From Candidatus Helarchaeota ASGARD archaeon Hel_GB_B (GTDB lineage Archaea; Asgardarchaeota; Lokiarchaeia; Helarchaeales; HEL-GB-B): DNA of 14,396 nucleotides. The stretch spans positions 1 to 14,396 of the forward strand of contig SUPR01000088.1 of the NCBI GenBank assembly GCA_005191425.1. Direction: 5' to 3'. Both the position numbers and the translations under genes were made by a program. The notes under the pieces are model-generated. The model saw nothing but the letters and a program-made list of their open reading frames with translations. It made no database searches and had not been told where the DNA came from. This document shows positions 6,346-13,181 of this stretch, one piece after another; position 1 is the first letter of the stretch; every line of letters starts with the position of its first letter.

Positions 6346-7569
6346 ATGTTGTCTTCAAAATTTTCTGGCGAAAAAGCATTTGAATTTTTAAAAGAAATTG
6401 ATTTTCCGCGTAGAACTGGTAGTGTGGGTAATAAAAAAGCCTTCGAAATTATTACCGAAAAATTAGAAAAGTTTGGCTATAAAATTGAAGTAAATAAATT
6501 TAGATATACTCATTCATATGTAAGAGAATTATTGCTTTATAAATTAGGAATAACAATATTCTTTTTTCTCACGGCATTTCTGGCGTTAATTGCTTATTGG
6601 TCAGACCCAATTAGTAAAATCATTTTTCTACTTATTTCCATTATAAGTGCAATTATTACAATTATTTTGTTGCTTTTCAATTTTTTTAATAGAATAAATC
6701 ATTATTTAAAAGAAAAGTTTCTTGAAGAACTACCATCAGAAGAAACCTATGAACTCCCAGAGGCTTCTAATATTATTATTGAAAAACGACCTAAGAAAAA
6801 GTCAGATTTACATGTCATTATAGGCGCGCATTATGATTCTATTAGTATAAATTTCAATTTTCTTTTCTATACAATAATTTATTTAATATCCGGAATTGGA
6901 ACATTGTTTGTTAGTGTATATTATATTTTTCTAGATATTTTTCTAATTGGTTCCACTTCAATAACTATGATAAATTACGGAATAATCATTGGACTTATTT
7001 TATCTAGTGTGGTATCAGTGTCTTTATTATGTTGGCTTAATGTGAAATTAAAAAATGAATCTCATGGTGCATCAGATAATGGAAGCGGTGTTTCTATTCT
7101 AATTGAATTGGCTAGGATCTTGAAAGATTTTGAATTAAATTTTAACCTAACTTTAATCTTTTTTGGAGTAGAAGAAGAGGGACTACTTGGGTCAATAAAT
7201 TATGTAAAATTAAATTTAGAACAATTTAAAAAAGAAAAAATTATGATGATTTCATTGGACACATTAGGGACTTCAGGAAAACTAAAATATGCCAGTGGAC
7301 ATGGTCTTAAGAAGAAATATAGTCCGGAATTAATTAAAAAATTGAAAGAAGCTGCAGACCAAGTAAATGTTAAAATCATACCTCAATGGCTCCCGTATCC
7401 AAGTAGCGACCATGCACCTTTTGTTTTTCATAATATTAGCGCCACTCAAATTTTTAAAAATTTAACAATAGCAAATACAGTCCAGGATACTATTGATAGA
7501 ATAGATATTAATTCATTAGAAGAAACAGGAAAAATTCTCGTTCAATTTTTAATGAATTTAAATACTTAA
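6346..7569 (+). CDS. Integral-membrane M28-family metallopeptidase (4 TM segments)
   Basis: GAHYDS (H162, D164), GASDNGSGV (D244), FFGVEEEGLLGS (E276, E277), SLDTLG (D305), SSDHAPF; four long hydrophobic stretches. The final His ligand position reads Asn (ANTVQDT). Confidence 0.88.
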   Translation: MLSSKFSGEKAFEFLKEIDFPRRTGSVGNKKAFEIITEKLEKFGYKIEVNKFRYTHSYVRELLLYKLGITIFFFLTAFLALIAYWSDPISKIIFLLISIISAIITIILLLFNFFNRINHYLKEKFLEELPSEETYELPEASNIIIEKRPKKKSDLHVIIGAHYDSISINFNFLFYTIIYLISGIGTLFVSVYYIFLDIFLIGSTSITMINYGIIIGLILSSVVSVSLLCWLNVKLKNESHGASDNGSGVSILIELARILKDFELNFNLTLIFFGVEEEGLLGSINYVKLNLEQFKKEKIMMISLDTLGTSGKLKYASGHGLKKKYSPELIKKLKEAADQVNVKIIPQWLPYPSSDHAPFVFHNISATQIFKNLTIANTVQDTIDRIDINSLEETGKILVQFLMNLNT

Positions 7570-7583
7570 CTTTATTTATAATC

Positions 7584-7595
7584 TTCTTTTTTTTT
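7584..7595 (+). terminator. U-tract terminator-like sequence after the M28 gene
   Basis: TTCTTTTTTTTT 14 nt after the stop, in a convergent intergenic region. Confidence 0.5.
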
Positions 7596-7617
7596 AATTA
7601 TATTCAATAAAATTTAT

Positions 7618-7629
7618 AAAAAATAGAAA
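7618..7629 (-). terminator. U-tract terminator-like sequence after the histidine kinase gene
   Basis: Minus strand TTTCTATTTTTT beginning 1 nt after the stop. Confidence 0.45.
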
Positions 7630-7630
7630 T

Positions 7631-10600
7631 TTATCTTGCAATAAGTAACGGTGCTTTCTTTAATGGTAATCTGAAAATAAATTTAGTCCCTTTTCCAATC
7701 CCGTCGGATTCTACCCATATTTTTCCTTTGTATGAATCCACGATTTTGTAACAAATAGTAAGTCCTAGTCCCATACCTTTTTTATTTAATGCTCTACTTT
7801 CTTCCAATTTTCCAAATCTTGAAAATAATTTAGGAATATCACTTTTCTTAATTCCGATTCCATGATCAATAACAGAACAAGTCCAATTATCATCATCAAT
7901 TTTAGATATAATTTCAATTTCGCTATTATCATAAGAGAATTTGATTGCATTGGATATTAAATTTCGTAATAACCGAAGTATTTGTTCTTGATCGAAAACA
8001 ACTTCAATATCAGGGAGATAAATGTCCTTAATACGGAGGTTCTTTTTTTCTAATTCTACTTTAAAATCTTTTTTAAGGATATTAATGATTGTACTTACCC
8101 TAAATCTATTGTTTTTCAAAATTATAACATTAGCTTTTAATTTATAATAATTGAGAATTTCATTAATAAGGTTCTCTAATTTTTTTGCATTTCGATAAAT
8201 AGTTTTTATATCTTCTTTCTCTTCATTTGATATATTTTTTGATTTCAATAATAATTCAGAGAATCCTTTTATTGCTATAAGAGGTGTCCTGAATTCATGA
8301 GCTGCATCTGCAAAAAATTCATCTTTTAATTGGTCTATTTTTTTCAATTCCTCATTTTGGGCGCGAATTTGTTCTAAAAGTTGGTTCCGCTCTTTTTCTG
8401 CGATTTTACGTTCCGTAATATCCCGAATAATACCTATAGCTGCCCATTTTCCTTTAATTTTTAATTTTGAAACAGATAATTCAATAGGAATAGAATTTCC
8501 ATCCTTCTTAATTGCGACTAATTCTAATGGTTTGCCAAAAACTCGGCCTTCGCCACTCTCTACAAATTTTTTAAACATTTCCTTAAATTTTTTATAACTT
8601 TTTGGAGGAGCAAGGATTTTATGTAAATCTTTTCTATAGATTTCATCAGCTGAATATCCGAAAATTCGTTCAGCTACCGGATTCCAGAAATTAATTAAAC
8701 CATTATGGTCAATTGTAATTATTGCATCAGCAGCAGAATTCGAAATAGACCTGAATTTTTCTTCACTTTCTTTTAAACTTTGTTCATATAAATGTAATTT
8801 TTGTTCAGCCTCAATTCTTTCAGTTATGTCCCTTGAAATTACAATCAATTTTTCTTTACCGTCAGAATCAATAAATTTTCTACCACTTGATTCAAGCCAC
8901 CGATATTCACCTGACTTTTTTCTGAACCTTAATTGAGTTTTCCATATACCAGTCTTTCTAAATTCATCAGTAGCTTTTTTCAAAGTATTATAATCATCTG
9001 GATGAATAAATTTAATAGGAGGTTGACCAATTATTTCATCTTTTGTATAACCAGTTAATTTATAATATACTTGACTGTTAATAAATTCATGTTCCCATTT
9101 TTCGTTATAAATCGCAATCAAATCATTAGCATTTTCGGTTATTAAACGATATTTCTCTCGAGATTCTTTTAATTGTTGTTGAATGATCTTTACACTGGTA
9201 ATATCTTGTAGCCAGACCCTTGTCTTTACTTTTTTACCATTCTGAAATTTGTCGATTTTTTTACCATAGACCCATTTTATATTTCCATCTTTATTAATGA
9301 GTCTAAATTCAATTATTCGTTCACTACATCTATCTGATGAATTTTTCCCTTCTTTTTCGCTAACAGTTTCAAAAAGTTTCTTACGATCTTCAGAATAAAT
9401 TAATTTTATAAACGAATCCATTTTATATAATTCTTCAAAAGAATATCCAGTAAGTTTTGACATTTCTGGATTTATATATGAAATTTGACTATTAACTAGG
9501 TCGACTTCGATTATAGCAACGGGTGCAGTTTCTAAGATATCCCGGAGATATAATTCAGATTTTTGAAGTTTTGATTCAGCTTCTTTTTTTTCTGTTATAT
9601 CATTATATACTGCTACTATTTCACCCGTACTTAATTTATATACAAAATTCTCACGCCAAGAGGCACGCATTCTATTATCTTTATATAAATTAATTGGATA
9701 ATTCTCAGATTTTCCAGTTTTCCAAACGCGTTTAAATACATCTAATAATCCAAATTCTTTTATTCCAGGAAAAACCTTTGTGACATCTTTACCAATAATA
9801 TCTTCCCTTTTAATATTTTCTATTTTCTCAGCCATAGAATTGAAATCTTTTATAATAAATTTGTTTCCATTGTCCTTTACTTCATAGATTGCTACCCCGC
9901 TGGTCATTTTTTCAAAAAGGTTTCTATACTTCTCTTCAGAAACAAGTAATTTATTTAAAACTCTATTTTTTTCCGTTCTATCAATCATTCCTATAAAAAT
10001 AGCTGGAGAACCATTGAAATTGATTTTTCTAAAGAAAAGATCGACCCATTTAATTTGATTTTTATGCGTAATAATTTTATAATTCGGAATTTTATAATTA
10101 TTTGTTTGTTTTGCTAAAAATGATTCAAATTGTTTTTTAATTTGACTCGACTTTTCGTAATCTAATTTATCTAACAAATTTATTATAGAATATTTCTTAA
10201 TTTCTTGCATAGGATATTTAATTAGGTTCAAAAAAGTTTTGTTTGCATAAACAATATATTCATCCTGAAAAATTCCAATTCCTATAATTACATTTTCAAT
10301 TATATACCTGAAATCTTTGGTCGATGAATTTAGGTCATAAGCGATGTTTTCAATTTTCTTTTCTAAAAAGAAGTTGTTTTTAATTAAATCTCTATTAAAA
10401 TTATTAAAAAGATAAATAGATATTAATGCAAAAATAGACCCGAAAAAATATACAAATCCAATAATAATCTGATTTATCTCATAATAACCACACAAAACTA
10501 AAAAAACATTAAGCAAATATCCAACCGAAAAAAAAGCGGTCAATACAGTAAGTATATAATAATATTTTTTAATTTTTAAATTTTTGATTTTCGTTAATAT

Positions 10601-10681
10601 TTTAATTTCTAACCCAGTAGCGAATAAAAGAAAAATAAAGCCTAAAATACTGCAAATGATACAAGTCAAACAAAAATTCAT
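7631..10681 (-). CDS. Membrane-bound multi-PAS sensor histidine kinase (3 TM, 5 PAS, HisKA, HATPase_c)
   Basis: Three N-terminal hydrophobic helices; five PAS/PAC units ending IDRTEK, NDITEKK, QDITSVK, RDITER, RDITERK; H-box FFADAAHEFRTPL, N-box LLRNLISNAIKFS, G1 VIDHGIGI, F-box LFSRF, G2 GMGLGLTIC. No receiver domain. Confidence 0.95.
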   Translation of the reverse strand: MNFCLTCIICSILGFIFLLFATGLEIKILTKIKNLKIKKYYYILTVLTAFFSVGYLLNVFLVLCGYYEINQIIIGFVYFFGSIFALISIYLFNNFNRDLIKNNFFLEKKIENIAYDLNSSTKDFRYIIENVIIGIGIFQDEYIVYANKTFLNLIKYPMQEIKKYSIINLLDKLDYEKSSQIKKQFESFLAKQTNNYKIPNYKIITHKNQIKWVDLFFRKINFNGSPAIFIGMIDRTEKNRVLNKLLVSEEKYRNLFEKMTSGVAIYEVKDNGNKFIIKDFNSMAEKIENIKREDIIGKDVTKVFPGIKEFGLLDVFKRVWKTGKSENYPINLYKDNRMRASWRENFVYKLSTGEIVAVYNDITEKKEAESKLQKSELYLRDILETAPVAIIEVDLVNSQISYINPEMSKLTGYSFEELYKMDSFIKLIYSEDRKKLFETVSEKEGKNSSDRCSERIIEFRLINKDGNIKWVYGKKIDKFQNGKKVKTRVWLQDITSVKIIQQQLKESREKYRLITENANDLIAIYNEKWEHEFINSQVYYKLTGYTKDEIIGQPPIKFIHPDDYNTLKKATDEFRKTGIWKTQLRFRKKSGEYRWLESSGRKFIDSDGKEKLIVISRDITERIEAEQKLHLYEQSLKESEEKFRSISNSAADAIITIDHNGLINFWNPVAERIFGYSADEIYRKDLHKILAPPKSYKKFKEMFKKFVESGEGRVFGKPLELVAIKKDGNSIPIELSVSKLKIKGKWAAIGIIRDITERKIAEKERNQLLEQIRAQNEELKKIDQLKDEFFADAAHEFRTPLIAIKGFSELLLKSKNISNEEKEDIKTIYRNAKKLENLINEILNYYKLKANVIILKNNRFRVSTIINILKKDFKVELEKKNLRIKDIYLPDIEVVFDQEQILRLLRNLISNAIKFSYDNSEIEIISKIDDDNWTCSVIDHGIGIKKSDIPKLFSRFGKLEESRALNKKGMGLGLTICYKIVDSYKGKIWVESDGIGKGTKFIFRLPLKKAPLLIAR

Positions 10682-10766
10682 CTAAATTACACCAATTTAA
10701 ATTGCATTTATTTTTTGGTATTTAGATTCTTATTGATTCATCATAAATATTCATTCACTAAGGGGA

Positions 10767-10777
10767 TAGTTAATAAT
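10767..10777 (-). promoter_or_regulatory. Possible TATA-like element upstream of the histidine kinase
   Basis: Minus strand ATTATTAACTA, identical to the 11-mer upstream of maf, 86-96 nt before the ATG; an SD-like GGTGT lies just before that ATG. Confidence 0.3.
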
Positions 10778-10864
10778 GTCATAATTAAGAATTATTGAAA
10801 ATCTTTTGAAATTTTATAGAACATTTTAGAAAATAAGTGAAATATTAGAAATTCAAAAATTAAT

Positions 10865-11932
10865 TTAATATTTTAATTTAGGTGATTTATTCAAAAGTAA
10901 ACATTTGTCCTTTTTTACAATTAAAGTATCTTCAATTCTGACTCCACCAAAATCTGGAAGATAAATACCGGGTTCGATGGTTATCACATTATTTATTTCT
11001 AATTTATTATTATTTCTAAAGGAAATAATAGGGTCTTCGTGGACTTCTAGCCCAACTCCATGACCTAAAGAGTGGTTAAAATATTTACCGTAATTTGCGC
11101 TTGTAATTATAGACCTAGCTATATTATCTAGTTCATTTGCTTTTAAGCCGGATTTACAACGCCGTTCAGCTTCTTCTTGAGCGTGGAGGACAAGGTTGTA
11201 TATCTCTTTTTGTTTTTCAGAGGGGGTCCCAACAATTACTGTTCGACTTGTGTCTGAAACATAGCCAGAAAATTGAGCGCCTAGGTCGATAATAACAAAA
11301 TCGCCTTTTTTAATTTTATGCTTAGTTGTTGTTGCGTGAGGAAATGCAGATCTTATACCTGATGCAACTATTGTATCAAAAGGTATTGGTTCAGAACCAT
11401 TCTTACGCATTTCGTATTCTGCGAGAGCAGCGACTTCAAGTTCGCTTATTCCATCTCTAATTGATTCAATTGCTTTTTCCATACCAATATCTGCAATTTT
11501 TGCGGCTTCTTTTAAGAATTCTAGTTCATCATCTGTTTTAGTTTTCCTTAATTTTTTTATCATTGATTCTTTATTTAGATATTCAATTTCATGTGAATAT
11601 TTAGTTAGGTCATCATAATCCTTTTTTGTCAAATAATCTTCTTCTATTCCAATTCGTTTCAATTTTAATTTATGTAATACCCTTGAAATTGCTTCAATTA
11701 CTAGTTCTTGAGCTGGAATTTTTTTTACGAGACAATTTTTAGCAACTAACTTAGCTTCTTCATATTCTAATTCCGGGACAAATAGAAGCGGAGTTCCTTG
11801 CGATTGCACAATTAATCTTGCTATGGATTGCGTAATAAAGCCTGTAAAATATTGAACATTTATTGGATTGTATATCAAATAAGCATCAATGTCATTTTCT
11901 TGAATTTCAGATTGGAGAATTTCTATTTTCAT
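10865..11932 (-). CDS. pepQ: Xaa-Pro dipeptidase/aminopeptidase P (M24B, prolidase-like)
   Basis: Creatinase-like N-domain; FDTIVASG.RSAFPH, IDLGAQFSGYVSDTSRT, HSLGHGVGLEVHE, TIEPGIY, GGVRIED metal-ligand motifs. The track start at 11941 is GTG; the ATG at 11932 is preferred. Overlaps the 3' end of maf. Confidence 0.93.
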   Translation of the reverse strand: MKIEILQSEIQENDIDAYLIYNPINVQYFTGFITQSIARLIVQSQGTPLLFVPELEYEEAKLVAKNCLVKKIPAQELVIEAISRVLHKLKLKRIGIEEDYLTKKDYDDLTKYSHEIEYLNKESMIKKLRKTKTDDELEFLKEAAKIADIGMEKAIESIRDGISELEVAALAEYEMRKNGSEPIPFDTIVASGIRSAFPHATTTKHKIKKGDFVIIDLGAQFSGYVSDTSRTVIVGTPSEKQKEIYNLVLHAQEEAERRCKSGLKANELDNIARSIITSANYGKYFNHSLGHGVGLEVHEDPIISFRNNNKLEINNVITIEPGIYLPDFGGVRIEDTLIVKKDKCLLLNKSPKLKY

Positions 11933-12524
11933 TTTGATCACTTTTTACCATTAATTTCCAAATATCGATATTTAAGTTATTCAACAATGTATAGAATTTA
12001 AAAATCGGAAACCCCATTACATTAAAATAACAACCATCAATTTTTTCAATAAATATACTGGCTAAACCTTGAATTTTATATGCTCCAGCGGCGTCATAGG
12101 GTTCATTGGTCGATATGTACCTTTCAATCTCTTCATTTGAAATTTTTCTCATTTTAATTGCAGTTTTTTCAAATCCAGATATTTCCTGGTATTGATTAAT
12201 ATTTTTTATAATAGCTAATCCTGTATAGACATAATGAATTCTATCAGATAATTTTAATAATATTTTTCTTGCATCTTCTTTATTCAATGGTTTACCAAAT
12301 ATTTTATCAGAATATACAATTGTGTCTGCTCCAATAATAATACCTTTCTTCCTTTTTGAAATAGTTCTCGCTTTTATTAATGCAATTTTTCTAACGAATT
12401 CTTCAGGAGAAAGATTTTCATCTAATTTTTCATTAATGTTAGGAGGAAGGACTATATGAGATATATTTATTTGATTTAAAAGTTGAGACCTTCTAGGACT
12501 TTTACTTGCAAGAATAACTTCCAT
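11907..12524 (-). CDS. maf: Maf family nucleoside-triphosphate pyrophosphatase
   Basis: ILASKSPRR, NE, KA, GADT (catalytic D67), GKP, H.VYTG, AGAY.IQG, I.GCYFNV.GFP. Confidence 0.95.
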   Translation of the reverse strand: MEVILASKSPRRSQLLNQINISHIVLPPNINEKLDENLSPEEFVRKIALIKARTISKRKKGIIIGADTIVYSDKIFGKPLNKEDARKILLKLSDRIHYVYTGLAIIKNINQYQEISGFEKTAIKMRKISNEEIERYISTNEPYDAAGAYKIQGLASIFIEKIDGCYFNVMGFPIFKFYTLLNNLNIDIWKLMVKSDQNENRNSPI

Positions 12525-12544
12525 AAAGTTGAAAATATCGTTTT

Positions 12545-12555
12545 TAGTTAATAAT
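12545..12555 (-). promoter_or_regulatory. TATA-like box for a probably leaderless maf-pepQ transcript
   Basis: Minus strand AAAAATTATTAACTA; TTATTAA sits at -30 to -24 from the maf ATG, preceded by an A-rich BRE-like run. Confidence 0.45.
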
Positions 12556-12578
12556 TTTTATGGATAAAAAGTAAAAAA

Positions 12579-12968
12579 TCAATTATTAGATTTAAAAGAG
12601 AGATATCCATTCGATTTTAATAGAAATAATGTTAAATTAGCACTCACAAGGTCATAAATACTAGCGCCTATTAGCATTACCATTAATGAATTTATAGTTA
12701 TTGCAGCATAAATCTCAAATATTGGCATTATATATCTCAATAATAAAGAAGCTATCAAAATAATTTGATATTTATCAAGGTCTCTGGCTGAATAGAATAA
12801 AAGGAATCCTAATAAAGCGAGACCAACTCCAGCTAATTGATTTGGAAGTGGAATTGTATTTAAATTTAACATTTCAAAAACTGGCGTTATGAAAATCAAT
12901 GAAATTCCAATTACTACCTCAATTATTCCACAAAACTTTATAAAAAATTTTAGAAATTTTTCATACAT
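12579..12968 (-). CDS. Small 4-TM membrane protein of unknown function
   Basis: Four hydrophobic segments with G..E...G and G..L...G patterns and intramembrane R78/D106; a loose resemblance to DUF4345-like proteins is unverified. SD-like AAGTGA upstream of the ATG. Confidence 0.7.
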   Translation of the reverse strand: MYEKFLKFFIKFCGIIEVVIGISLIFITPVFEMLNLNTIPLPNQLAGVGLALLGFLLFYSARDLDKYQIILIASLLLRYIMPIFEIYAAITINSLMVMLIGASIYDLVSANLTLFLLKSNGYLSFKSNN

Positions 12969-12992
12969 AATTAATTCACTTGTAAGATTTCT

Positions 12993-13006
12993 ATTTATTA
13001 ATAAAT
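12993..13006 (-). promoter_or_regulatory. Palindromic TATA-like box upstream of the 4-TM gene
   Basis: ATTTATTAATAAAT is a perfect 14-bp palindrome 25-38 nt before the ATG at 12968. Confidence 0.35.
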
Positions 13007-13144
13007 TATTTCTTAAAAAAGATTAAATTAATTCATAAACTTTATGATAATTATTACTTTATTTTTTCAGTTTAAAATTTTCAGAATTTTTTTTGAAATT
13101 AATTCAAAAATTGAATTCATCTAAAAGAATAATAGAATAATAGC

Positions 13145-13158
13145 AAAAAAAATAGAAA
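13145..13158 (-). terminator. U-tract terminator-like sequence after the dGTPase-like gene
   Basis: Minus strand TTTCTATTTTTTTT 23 nt after the stop. Confidence 0.45.
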
Positions 13159-13181
13159 CTATAGTCATCAAAATATTTATT

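Noticed and set aside
10480-10510. FLVLCG in the kinase TM region resembling the ethylene-receptor copper motif FIVLCGATH
   Set aside because: No His follows (CGYYE), and helix-register alignment with ETR1 puts Gly/Asn at the Cys/His positions.
13126-13143. Tandem repeat AGAATAAT x2.25
   Set aside because: Too short and AT-rich to be significant; lies beside a terminator U-tract.
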